Assembly: GCA_035221665.1 (NCBI GenBank)
Contig: CM069134.1
Span: 86,924,001-86,988,000, forward strand
Direction of reading: 5' to 3'
DNA: 64,000 bases
Source: Okamejei kenojei
Taxonomy: Eukaryota
This document shows positions 35,628 through 47,845 of the stretch, piece after piece (within the stretch, counting starts at the first letter, position 1; each line of letters begins with the position of its first letter). The position numbers and the translations under genes are program-made. The notes under the pieces are model-generated. The model did no database searches. It saw only the letters and a program-made list of their open reading frames with translations, and was not told where the DNA came from.

Positions 35628-36285
35628 TCACCTATAAAACTGTCTCACCCCTCTATCGCACTTCTATACACTTTCTATCTTCCCTCTACATCATCAGTTC
35701 TGATGTAGGATCTTGATCCAAAATTCCCACCATCCCGTCGATTCCACAGATGGTGCCTGACCCACAGGGTTCTTCCAACAGAATCATTTTGGCAAGTGGT
35801 ATTGTAAGTTTTGTCAGAAGAAAGAGAATGCATATATAAGGTTTGGGAAACTGCAATCAGTTAACATTTAACATTTAATCAAGGCTCTTGAGGAATCTAA
35901 AGGAACAAGGAACAAACTTAAGCAAGAAATTAGGAAAGATAAAAGTGGGCATGAATTGTCATTGGCAGGTAGGATTAAGGAGCATTCCAAGGCATTTTAT
36001 ACATATGCTAGGAGCAAGAACGTCCACTCAAGGATAAAGGAGGGAATTTATATGAGGAGCCAGAGGAAATGGGCGAGGTTCTTATTGAGTTCATCACATT
36101 GGTATTCACCAAGGAGGAGGACATTTCACATTTAATCATTATATTCTGAAGAAGAGTCTCGACCCAAAACGTCGCCTATTTCCTTCGCATCATTGGTGCT
36201 GCCTCACCCGCTGAGTTTCTCCAGCATTTTTGTCTACCTTCGATTTTCCAGCATCTGCAGTTCCTTCTTAAACATTACATTAATC

Positions 36286-36604
36286 TTAGTTTAATTTGGG
36301 TTAGTTTAGAGATACAGTGTGGAAACAGGCCCTTCGGCCCATCGAGTCCGCACCGACCACACACGAACGCTGTCCTACACACACTAGGGACAATTCATAA
36401 TTGCATCAAGCCAATTAACCTACAAACGTGTACGTCTTTAGAGTGTGGGAGGAGTGTGGGAGGAAACCGGAGATCCTGGAGAAAACCCATGCAGGTCATG
36501 GAGTGAAAGTACGAACTCCGTTTAGACAGCACCCATAGTCAGGCTCGAACCTGGGTCTCTGGCACTGTAAGGCAGCAACTCTCCCGCTGCACTACCATGC
36601 CGCC
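36286..36604 (-). mobile_element. HE1-type V-SINE
   Basis: Full head, V-domain and tail on the minus strand. Preceded by a Penelope-derived arm at 36145-36273. Confidence 0.88.
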
Positions 36605-37896
36605 TTAGGGATGGGGGGAGGTGGAGCAGGTGGTGCTTGGGAGAAGTACACTATGCTCTAGTACAGCAAGCTGAAATTATTTCATTTTAATTCAGAGTAC
36701 TTGGTTATCAGTAGGTTATTTAGTTATCAGTAATATTGTTACTGTTAGGTGCCATCATTAATCTATTGGAATAGGTGCCATTGTTGATCAGTTGGACTTT
36801 GATGGATTATGTGATGTGGTATTAAATAAATATGACCTGAAGTTTCATTAAAATACAGAATACGAGTTTCCCATTTACGATCATAGAATAAGGGTTTCCC
36901 TTTTTGCCATTTGTCTGCAGCACATTAAGCTTAAACATCTCCTACAATACTTAGTGATCCAACTGTGTGAATAATTCTAACAAGAGCAGTCTTAAACTTT
37001 CCTGAGCATACCTCCTTCACAACATAAGGCATTGAGTTTGAGAGTTGGGACATCATGTTGCACAGATATAAAATGTTGGTTAGGCTGCAAGCATCCCTGC
37101 ATTGTGGCTGTTTTAGTTAACAGAAATTTGGCTTTAGGATTCATAAATCACTACCCAAGAATTTGAGGTACTGAATCAAATTTGCTCATGTTACAAAAAA
37201 TAATGATGCGAGGAAAGGTGCACTATAGGAAAGATGTTTTTAAGCTCAAGAAGGTGCAGAAAAAATGGACAAAAATGTTAATGGGATTCGAGGGCTTGAT
37301 TTATCAGGAGTGGTTGAATGGGCTGGGTCTAGTTTTCCCTCGGAAGTAAAGGAGACTGAGAGGTAACATGAAAGAGGTATTAACATGCTGAGTAGGAAGG
37401 AACTGTAGATGCTCGTTTAAATCGAAGTAAGACGCAAAATGCTGGAGTAACTCAGTGGGACTGGCAGCATCTCTGGAGAGAAGGAATGGGTGATGTTTCG
37501 GGTCGAGACGTTTCGGGTCCAAAGAAGGGTCTTGACCCAAAATGACACCCATTCCTTCTTGCCAGAGATGCTGCCTATTAAAATTATGAAACAGGATAGA
37601 TAGTCAGAGTCTGTTTACCATGGTGGATGGGTGCTGAAAACTCGAGTTCCGGTTGAAGGTGAGGGAAGAGGCATAATGCGGATCTGAGGGGTAAATGTTT
37701 CACACAAATTAATTGGTATCTGCAATGAACTGCCAGAGGAGGTGGTGGAGGTAGGAACAGTAAGAACATTTAGGCCCCTTGACATGTACTTGCATCAGCA
37801 GGGCACAGAGGGATATGGAATTAATACAGGTACATGGGATTAGAATAGATGGGCATGATAGTTGCCATACACACATCGGGTTGAAGGGCTCGTTTC

Positions 37897-38180
37897 CTTT
37901 AGTTTATTTTTAGTTTTATAGATACAGCACGGAAACAGGACCTTCGGCCCACCAAATCTGCCCCGGCCAGCGATCCCCGCACACTAATGCTATCCTGCAC
38001 ACACTAGGAACAATTTACAGTTACACCAATCTAATTAACCTTTGCTCTTTGGAGTGTAGGAGGAAATTGGACACAGGTCACAGGGAAAATGTACAAACTC
38101 TGTAAAGAAAACCCCCTGCAGTTAGGATCGAACTGGGTCCCTGGCACTGTAAGGCAGCAACTCTATTGCTGCACCACCGT
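37897..38180 (-). mobile_element. HE1-type V-SINE
   Basis: GATACAGCACGGAAACAGGACCTTCGGCCCACC...GCACTGTAAGGCAGCAACTCTATTGCTGCACCACCGT. Confidence 0.85.
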
Positions 38181-38214
38181 TTCGATGCTGCACGATTCGA
38201 TAATGGATCTACAG

Positions 38215-38500
38215 TACCTTCTTTTCAAATCTTCCCGCAGGCAATTAGACTGATAAACGGACTTTGCCCCCTGCCAAAGTATCGTGCACCAAACACCAAC
38301 CTGGACACACTGAAGCAGAGCCATTGTCATGCCACTGCCGATCGGAACTCGTGATATATGTACTTTTATACTTTATTTCTATTTATTTTTTACCACACAC
38401 TGAATTGAATTTACCACACACTGAACTGGTTGAGAAACGCTTTTTCGTTTTCCTCTGGGTATGTAAGTACTCAGAAAAATGATAATAAAGATATACAATA
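38215..38500 (+). mobile_element. Rex1/Babar-like LINE 3' tail
   Basis: IFPQAIRLING, then a 3' UTR and AATAAA. Confidence 0.55.
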
Positions 38501-41500
38501 CAAATTCCTTCAGTGTGGATGTTTCCAAGATCATCTGGATGAAGTGATGAATTAAGGAGAGACCTGGAATTGTATTGCATTTTTTGCAACCTCAGAGCCA
38601 GTAAAGTTGTTTGGAAGTGCAAATAAGGCAGTCAATTAGTGCACAGGAAAGCTCCTATGAACAGCATTGTGTTAATAACTAAATATTCTGCTTTTCTTAA
38701 GCGATGATGGTTGAATTTCCCTGAAACTTTCACAGCATCTAATCAGACAGCAAAGAAACAGGCCCTTCAGCCTGCTGAGTCCATGCTGGCCGCAGGCACC
38801 CATTTTCATTGATCCTACTCTAATGCCAATTTTTCCTTTCGCTGTCCCCACATTGCCATAGATTGCCATCGGATCTGCATTTTCCCATGAAATGTGGTCC
38901 ACAATTTAACATCATACCTTCAAATTCTCAATCCTGCATTGAGAATGCCAACCAAGACTTTGTGCAGGCATAGCTGATGCTTCTTACAGGGCGAGTGCAG
39001 GTGCCAAGGGGAAAAGACTGGGAACCATGCCTACTGGAAGAAGCCTTAGAATGAGCCAAATTGAGTGCCTTTCCTGCACTCACTCACCCTTGCGGAGTGA
39101 AAGAGAGGGAGAGAGTGGCCTCTAATAGGAGAGGGAAAGCTCATTGCATTGGGCCTCAGGACCCAGAGACTTGGTTTCGAGGATTGACTATTTGGGTTTG
39201 CAATGGTTTTGGAGTGAGGGTCTCCCTCCCTTGCAATTAGAGGGTGACAATTGTGCTTTGGAGATCTGGTCTGAGAGAAATCATCCAGCAGGGGTAAGTT
39301 GATGAGGACCTAACCAGAACAATCCCTTTAATTATAAAAAGGCCTGCATCACAAAATTATTCAGGTAGCATCCATGCTGAATGAAAATGATAGAAGTAGT
39401 GCCCAGCTGCACAATGGTCACCCCAACTGGGTTTCACTGGTAGGTGATGGGTCAGATATGCAGCAGAACCAGAAAGGAAACTACCGATGTTCAATCCTCT
39501 CCTTAAAAAAAAAAAAAAAAAGATTTTAGTTCCAAAATCATTTGTGCATCTCACATAAATGTTGTGCCAGATGAGAGCAACTGTGTTGAACTGGCAGATT
39601 CAAGAGTATTTTACCACCTACTCATGCACTGAGGCTCAAGCAATAGAAAGTTAATGCATAACCTTGACAACACGTCCATTGTTCCGTGTATATGTCAAGT
39701 GGTACCAAGCAGTGTTTGTCTCACCTTTCATGAAATATTTATCGACATTCGATTTGCAATTTAGCCCTGCAATGTTTCTTCAGTCATTCATTGAGATCTT
39801 TGCTAATTTATGACCTAACTCAATATACTCATTTGTCTGAAGAAGGGTCCCCATTTGAAATATCATCAGTCCATTCCCTCCACAGATGCTGTCTGACCCA
39901 CTGAGTTACTTCAGCACTGTGTTTTGCTTAAGATTCCAGCATCTGCAGTTCCTTGTGTCTCCTGCGTACCCAATTGTCTTCTAATGTTGTGGCCCATCTT
40001 CCAAACCGTTGTATTCTTGATCCCTAGCTACCCAGTGAATCAGAGTTGAAAAGACTGGAGGGGACTGCACAGGAATAAAGTATTTTTTATTTTCCTGAGT
40101 AAATGCCTGTTTTACAATTAGCAGTGCTTAATGCAATGAGAAATCACAATAAAAAGCACAAATCAGTGAGTATAACAGTTGCATCTCAAAAGTATGTGGT
40201 ATTGTTTTTTTAAACAAATAAATGAAACTCCGCAAGTTAGAGGTGAAGAACTGCTCTGATAATTATTTCTTCTGTGTGCAAGTCTTCCATTTAGCAATCT
40301 CTCATTTTTGACGTTTCTTTTCCCTCTTAGAGAGAAGACGAGGAACAAGCTTTCTTGAGATCTTGCCCACTTTGTGGCCTGTCCTCCTGATGTCCTCTGC
40401 TTGCCCCTTGGTCGTGCATCACTCTTTCTGTCACATTGAACTCCAGATGCTCCTACCCCAGAGAAATGTTCCGACTCCGGCAATTCTTCTTCATTCTCAC
40501 TAACAATTTGGTAATGAAATATTGATTTTTAGTTAGATTCATATTGATGCTATTAGGTTTGCATCGATAAATCATGTTGCCCTCCTCTGTGAGCAGATAG
40601 AGAGCACTGCACTGAACCCTGGAGATTACATTCAAGTACACTGATGTGTTAATTTGATGGATCTTTCACCATTAGAGGAGTAAGAGTGTGTGTCGGGAGA
40701 CAGGGGGTAGGAGGGGGAAAGTGATAATAAGAGAGAAAGACCTTATTTCCCCCTCCTTGTTTTGCTCCTGTTTTATTTTAACAACAAAACACCTACGCTG
40801 ACAGGTTCATTGCTGAAGAGTGATGGGAAAATGCAAATAAATTAGGAGCTGCAGTAACTGATCTGCTTGAAGTGAAGACAACGTGCTCGAGACAGCAAAG
40901 GACATGGTCCTCCTCAACCGAATGTGCTCTGGACTCCTTGCATGTGTCTGTGATCTCAGGACCTGTGTGACCTTCCCTCCACCCCCCCCCCCCCTCCCCC
41001 CCTCTGTGCACCAAGGTACACACAGGAATGCAACGTCATGTCTGCATAAACACCGCAGAAAGGTGACTAGTCTTCACTGGAAAACGACCAGCATGGATGG
41101 TAGATCATAACCCTGTACCAGTGTGCAAGGTCAAGCAACGCAGGACTGTAAGAAGTGGGATCAACGGATTTGTAAACGTCAGAAGAGGACTGATTGTGAC
41201 TCTTCTTCCTTCCCTCTCCAGTCAGTGGATCAAGGAAATTTACAAATTCATTGGGAGACTTGTTCCATTGCGTCCACGTCTACAGTCAGAAGGGACAATC
41301 GAACATATGGGAAGGGAGGAATTGCACAGACACAAAGTGAACCTTTTATCCTTGAGTGCCACCTATCTGCACAACCTTGGGCCCACCAGGAGTTGGAGGC
41401 AGCAGATGGTCGGTAGGGGCTAAGTGGCGAGTGGCGAGTGGGTGGGGTTCGGGCAAGGTTGTAATATAGCCCTCAACAGGCCCACCCTACTAAAGCTCTG

Positions 41501-42677
41501 AGATTCTGACATGAGCCTGAGCATTTATGGCTGTCGAAGCTCTAAATGAGCCGTGTTTGGTAAGAGAAGGGAATGAGTTCAACAAAATGGTGGCTGGGGA
41601 AGATGGGATCTTTGAACTGGACAAAAAAAGAACATTTTTTGCGACTGATATGACACAGTTACATTCAGACTAACTCGCAGTCTGTAGGTATAACAAAGAT
41701 AAGGTAGCTTGGACATTAAAATTAATGCCCTGTGGAACCCAATGTGCACTGAATATAAAGACTGTACCAAACTGCAACATTACAGTCCCTGTAATATATT
41801 GTGTCCCTGTCATAATGGGCCAGAACATTGGAACCCATAATTTTGGAAGATCACCAGCATTCCAGATCCTGTCGTTTCTGGTTTCTCTCATGGCTGCCAC
41901 TGCAAGCAATAGAAAATTAATAATACTTTTCCATAATTTTAGCTTTTTTCTCAGAGGCAAATGTTTTTGAATTTCATCCCTCATCTTAGAGATGGTCTTG
42001 CTGATTATTGAATGCCCAAGTGAGCATTTGAAAGTAAGTGACTTTCAATAGGCCAGGATCAGGACCTTGGGCTTTCGTGAGTGAGTGGAGGGACTGAGCG
42101 TTTAGGATGGGTTATGCACAGGCTTCAGGGGAATAGGAGTTCCCACGTCCGAGGACTGACTGCCTGCTGTCAGCAGTATCAGTAGGTGTTGCCTCATCAC
42201 CCTGGCTGACCTGCCCCCAGCTGAATTGGGACAATAATATCTATGGTTTCCCTCCAAGGCATCAATTCATCCTTTCACAGAAGGTAATAGCAGTTGGCTG
42301 ATGTTTCTCCATAACTCACTCTGGAAGGCTTCCTAACAATGTACGCAGGCTTGAAGTGAAAAGCAGAGACGGCAGAACCGTCAAACATTTCAGGCGTGCC
42401 ATTCTGGGGTAATGAAGCGTGCCAGCAAAATATACCCGTAAAAGACTTGATAAAGATGAGCTGACATACCAGTCCAAATAGGTTCTTTTGTGTGTCTGCA
42501 CACGTCTGTCCATCAAGGCTTCCATCAGGATATGCAAGTAGCAATAATAGGAGCAACTGCAGGAATGGGAAAGGATAAAGGGAAAGTAACAATTAAACTC
42601 AGTAATTCATTGAATATGAATCAAAACTGTAAGTCTGACTAGTTTATCATTTGAGTCGATTTTTTTTAACACCGTTA

Positions 42678-43062
42678 CAGTAAAACTCTGATAATCCAGC
42701 ATATGATTGTTTTAAAATACTGATGATTTGGTATTGTGCTCACTCATTAGTCCAGAATATGAGCTGTGGAGCGAGAGTATAAACAGGGCGTGGGGTTGAA
42801 GCCCAGGTTCCATATTTTTGGGTCAGGAACTGATGCTGTGGTCTGGAACATCAGGGCTCAAGACTGTGGGTGGAGCCGAGGTCCAGAGTGTTGGTATATT
42901 TCCTGCTCAGAAGGTTCATTGGAAGATTTATTGCACAACTGTGTACCGTGTTAAAAAAAAGTGTGTTGGGGTATTATTAGGAATAACGTCTAGCAGTCCA
43001 GAAAATCTGCTCGTCAGGCACCACCAAAGTCCCAAGGATGCCAGGTTATCGGAGTTTTACTG
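42678..43062. mobile_element. Tigger/pogo-like non-autonomous DNA transposon relic
   Basis: TIRs CAGTAAAACTCTGATAATCCAGCAT and ATGCCAGGTTATCGGAGTTTTACTG. Left flank TA, right flank CA. Confidence 0.7.
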
Positions 43063-45509
43063 CATAAACTTGTTTTATTACCTGTCTGTTTAACGGCATG
43101 GCTCAAAGATGGAAACAGGTTTATCTGCCCTTTGGCTCCAGCCACCAGTTTTTTCCCAGAATCATACAGGTGATAAAAACCTGGCGTTGATCAGCAAAGT
43201 GAATTCAGCCAAATGTTTCGTCCTTGATTTGATCAGCATTTCCTGGACATTTAAGCAACTTATATGGAAGAGTGTCGGAACCGAGACTGCAGGAGCTTCA
43301 GGCATTTAATAGGCTCCTCGTGGCAGAGCAGACCCTTCTGACAAATACACCACAAAAACAAAGTAATAATGTGGCTTTATTTCTCCCCCTTATGTTACAC
43401 TCTTCTGTTATATACATGATTGACAACAACATTGTCTATCTGCAATTTTGACCACATTCAAGGACTAACTCCAACACAATGAGGAGACTAATTAGCCAGT
43501 CTGTGTTTTATTTTCATCCATTTGCCTTCGGAATAAGGGAATCAGTATTTAATAGCAGTATTCAGATTCTCTCTCTTCTCCCAACTGACCTGTTTCCATT
43601 TTAAGTCTCAAGGGTAGCAGAGGGCCCCCTTCTTTTCCTCTCTCTACCAGGGCATGTTGTATATTTACATTCTGAATACCCTCAGTATCAAGATGCAATG
43701 GCATCTGCTGTATATATGTTCAGGTACAATATGTATTTCCTTACTTGATCTTTTTAGTTAAAAAAAAGTTGAGGAAATATAATGCTGCACTGCCCCTTTC
43801 TGGGAAGACCATGTACATATGTAATATATTTAAACGTGATAACTTAAAACACTGATTGTAGATTCTACTGTGGTTAAATTTTATTCTTTGCTTCCCCAAT
43901 TGTTGGTACACACATCACTCTAGCCCCTTTGCAAGTGCACAGTATCTCCTTGCTCTCTTATTGACTGCTTTGTAAATTTCCCCTGAGCTCACAACCACTT
44001 TAAATTTCCTCCACATCAGTAAGACCAACTTTTTTTTAAAAAGTAAAATCTGAGACTTTTTTTTAAAAAAGCCAGCTGGAACTCCTCTGAATGCGACGGA
44101 ATATGTAAAAGGTGGATGCGTCTTAACAACCCGTGCACTTATTTATGAAACAAAAGAAAAAAATCATTTGTATGATAAAAATATATATTTAGATTTTCCA
44201 AGCACAACTCTGAAAAAAAAGAAGAAAAAAAAACAATGTCTCTTTTTATGTTTCATAAAGATGTTACTACCATTATGGATCTTTTTTGCAATAACAGGCT
44301 TAATAAACACTGTAATGATATTTAAGTCACTGTGAATTGTTCTTTATGCCTTGAAGCAAGTGAGTGGATAAATGTCAGAATATCCCATGCAGTTTTTCAA
44401 AATGTCAAGTCCAGTTCCTAAATGGTGTGGTTGTAGGCTGTCTTCAATGCCACAAACATGCTCAAATGACTCCTGTCACTTTTATTTTTAATGATGTAAG
44501 CGGAGTTTGCACTGGTCCGTGGAATGGGTGGCAGATTCATCTCTAATACCAAATATCAGTCCGTTCACCTTCAATCTCGCTCAGTTTCATCTGAATAGAA
44601 TGAGGCAACATATTGTGTCATTTACCAATACATTTGATTTGAATGGGAACTGAGAGTCTGCAATGGTGGAGAACCAGGTGAACTTTGTGACAGAAATAAA
44701 ATGCAATTGATTGTACCATTTGCTTTGAGAAAGAGATGCAAGGCTAATTATATAATTTTTCAAAGGAATTTAGACTTCCGATTCTTATTGATAGGCTTCT
44801 TAAATAGAAGCAGCAGCCCTCTTCAATCTTGCAGCACCAAAGGAGGTCATTCAGCCTATTGAGTTTGTGCTGGCTCTTTGAAATTGTGGTGCAAGTAGAA
44901 CACACTTGTGCCCTTTGTCCACCGTTCTACAAAGTTCCCTTAAAGTATTTATACCGCTTCTGGTGAATTCAGGCAATGCATTTCAGACCACAAACTCATA
45001 TTATTACAATGTTCAATGTGATCAAAATATTGTGTGCCATCAAACAAAAGTTGATGCCAAGCCAAATGTGGCGATACAAAAATTGTAAAATGATTGCTGT
45101 CATTTCTTCACCAGCAGTCCCAACTGCACCAATGACAGCAGATGAAGTTGTGGGCAGTTCCTCAACATCTACACTGAGGAATCTACTCCAACTGGAACCA
45201 GGCATGACATCGGAACAGCTATCCCATTTATTTCAATAGAGGAGAATGTCATTGGATTAAAGCAAGTATCAGTACAGTTGGAGTTTTGCAGCTTTATTTT
45301 ACTTAGAAATACAAAACATAGGAGCTGGAGGAGGCCATTCTTCCCATCAGTTCTTGGTTCTGCTCCAACATTCCACAGCATCATGGCTGATTCTACATTT
45401 AGTCCCATTTTCACCTTCTCCCATATACCTTGATCCCTTTGATTTTAAGACATATACCTATTTCTGTCTTGAATATATTTAATCGGGAGCTTCATTGCCA
45501 TGATACACA

Positions 45510-45874
45510 ACATAGAAACATAGAAATTAGGTGCAGGAGCAGGCCATTCGGCCCTTCGAGCCTGCACCGCCATTCAATATGATCATGGCTGATCATCCAA
45601 CTCAGTATCCTGTACCTGCCTTCTCTCCATACCCCCTGATCCTTTCAGCCACAAGGGCCACATCCAACTCCCTCTTAAATATGGCCAACGAACTGGCCTC
45701 AACTACCTGCTGTGGCAGAGAATTCCACAGATTCACCACTCTCTGTGTGAAAAACGATTTTCTCATCTCGGTCCTAAAAGACCTCCTCCTTATCCTTAAA
45801 CTGTGACCCCTTGTCCTGGACTTCCCCAACATCGGGAACAATCTTCCTGCATCTAGCCTGTCCAACCCCTTAAC
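45510..45874 (-). mobile_element. Young CR1 3' fragment
   Basis: KGLDRLDAGRLFPMLGKSRTRGHSL...GTGY, very similar to the 3' end of 6768-7838. Confidence 0.92.
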
Positions 45875-45942
45875 AACACTGTGGGTGGAGATGTTTCTCC
45901 TGATTGCGGTTGCAAATGGCAAACCTTGTACCCTCAATCTGT

Positions 45943-46058
45943 GTTAACGAAGAAACTGCAGATGCAGTCTGAAGAAGGGTCTCGACCCAAAACGTCGCCT
46001 ATCTCCTTCGCTCCTTAGATGCTGCTGCACCCGCTGAGTTTCTCCAGCTTTTTGTGTA
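45943..46058. mobile_element. Short Penelope-derived fold-back element with 13-bp TSD
   Basis: TSD ACCCTCAATCTGT at 45930-45942 and 46059-46071. Core GT-CTGAAGA-AGGGTCTCGACCC-AAAA-CGTC-GCC. Confidence 0.8.
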
Positions 46059-46988
46059 ACCCTCAATCTGTTACTCCTGGGACTTCTCAACTATTAGGAA
46101 CGTTGTCCCTGTTTCTAGTCTGTCTTGTCATAGTGTGATAATCGTACAACACTAAAACACACCTTTCAGCTCACCATGTCCATGCTAACCATTCAGTACC
46201 CATTTAGACTAATTCTATTTACCAGCCAATGGTCATTGCATACTATGCCTTGACGATTCAAGTGCTTGTTCATATAATTCTTAAATGTTTTGAGAGTCTT
46301 TACCTCCACCACCTTCCCAGGAAGCGCGTTCCAGATTCCAACCAGCCTCCAGATGAAAAATATTCTACCTCAAATCCCCTCTAAAACTCTTACTGTAGCT
46401 TTTCACTGTACCTTGGTACACGTGACAACAAACTAAACTAAACTAAACTAAACTACTTCTCACCTTAAATCTCTAGTCTCAGATAGGTCTGCCATAGGAA
46501 ATCATTGCAAGCATTTGCTTTATCTATGCTTCTCATAGATTTGTATATCTCAAGCAAGTTATCCTTCTGCTCCAAGGAAAACAAACCCAACCTGACCAGT
46601 CATTCCTCATAACAGAAATATACCATCTTCTCTGCCAACACTCCAGTAAAAGCACATCATTCCCATCAGAATTGAAGGTAATACTCCAGGCAAGGATATC
46701 CAATGTTTAAACAAGTTAGAACAAGATCTCCCTGTTTTTACACAATTCATGTTAGAATTTTATAGACTTTCACAAAATTCCCTTGCAGTCCTTTATACTC
46801 CATCAATAGACAATAGGTGCAGGAGTAGGCCATTCAGCCCTTCTAGCCAGCACCGCCATTCAATGTGATCATGGCTAATCAACCACAATAAGTACCCCAT
46901 TCCTGCCTTCTCCCTATATCCCCTGGCTCCACTATCTTTATAAGGCCGAATTACAGGCTGAACCAAAGTAAGCTCTCCCCATACTTAA

Positions 46989-47195
46989 TGTGTAGGAAGA
47001 AACTGCAGATGCTGGTTTACACTGAAGATGGATATAAAATAATGGAGTAACTCAGCGGGTCAGGCAGCATCTTTGGAGAAAAGGAGTAGTTGACGGTTTG
47101 GGTCTGAAGAAAGGCTCCGACCCAAAACGTCACCTACTACTTTTCTCCGAAGATGTTGTCTCACCCGTCGAGTTACTCCAGCATTTTGTGTTTAT
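46989..47195. mobile_element. Penelope-derived fold-back element with 14-bp TSD
   Basis: TSD CTCCCCATACTTAA (46975-46988) and CTCCCTGTACTTAA (47196-47209). Confidence 0.75.
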
Positions 47196-47606
47196 CTCCC
47201 TGTACTTAAGTTTGGTCATCCCAACAATCAGTCTAATAAACATTCGATGCACTTCCACCATGGCAAGACCATCCTGTCATGGATGAGACCAAAAGTGCAG
47301 CTAAAGCTCCAGGTCGTGTCTCGCCAAGGCCTCCTACAGTTGCAGCAAGAGATTCTTGCCATTGTACTAGTGTAGCTGGGACAGACGAGTGTAGCTGGGA
47401 CATGTTGGTTGGTGTGGGCAAGTTGGGCTGTATCCACACTGTATCACTCTAATGACTCTATGACTCTACTCAAATCCTATTGTACTGAAGACCAACACAC
47501 CTTTAACCCTTCTAACTGTTTGTTCCATCTGAACTCTTGCATACAGCGGCTGCACTTTATTCTTTTATTTCAGATTCCTAGCATTTCTTACATTTTATTC
47601 ATTCAG

Positions 47607-47845
47607 ACCATAGACAATAGGTGCAGGAGTAGGCCATACGGCCCTTCGAGCCAGCACCACCATTCAATGTGATCATGTCTGATCATCCACAATCAGTACC
47701 CCATTCCTGCCTTCTCCCTATATCCCCCGAGTCCGCTATCTTTAAGAGCCCTATCTAGCTCTCTCTTGAAAGTATCCAGAGAATCGGTCTCCACCGGCCT
47801 CTGAGGTAAGAATTCCACAAACTCACAACTCTCCGTGTGAAAAAA
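47607..47845 (-). mobile_element. CR1 3' tail
   Basis: ATAGACAATAGGTGCAGGAGTAGGCC...GAATTCCACAAACTCACAACTCT. A shorter copy lies at about 46806-46940. Confidence 0.85.

Larger units (their letters stand above)
33175..37900 (+). mobile_element. Old long CR1 (endonuclease end to 3' UTR) fragmented by many younger insertions
   Basis: Collinear pieces: 33250-33470 (SPTRNGTILD.ALGKEP.RV), 33795-33915, 35810-36120 (IKEHSKAFYTYARSK...LKDKGGNL), 37020-37380 and 37580-37895 (RT C-terminus and 3' UTR). Confidence 0.65.
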
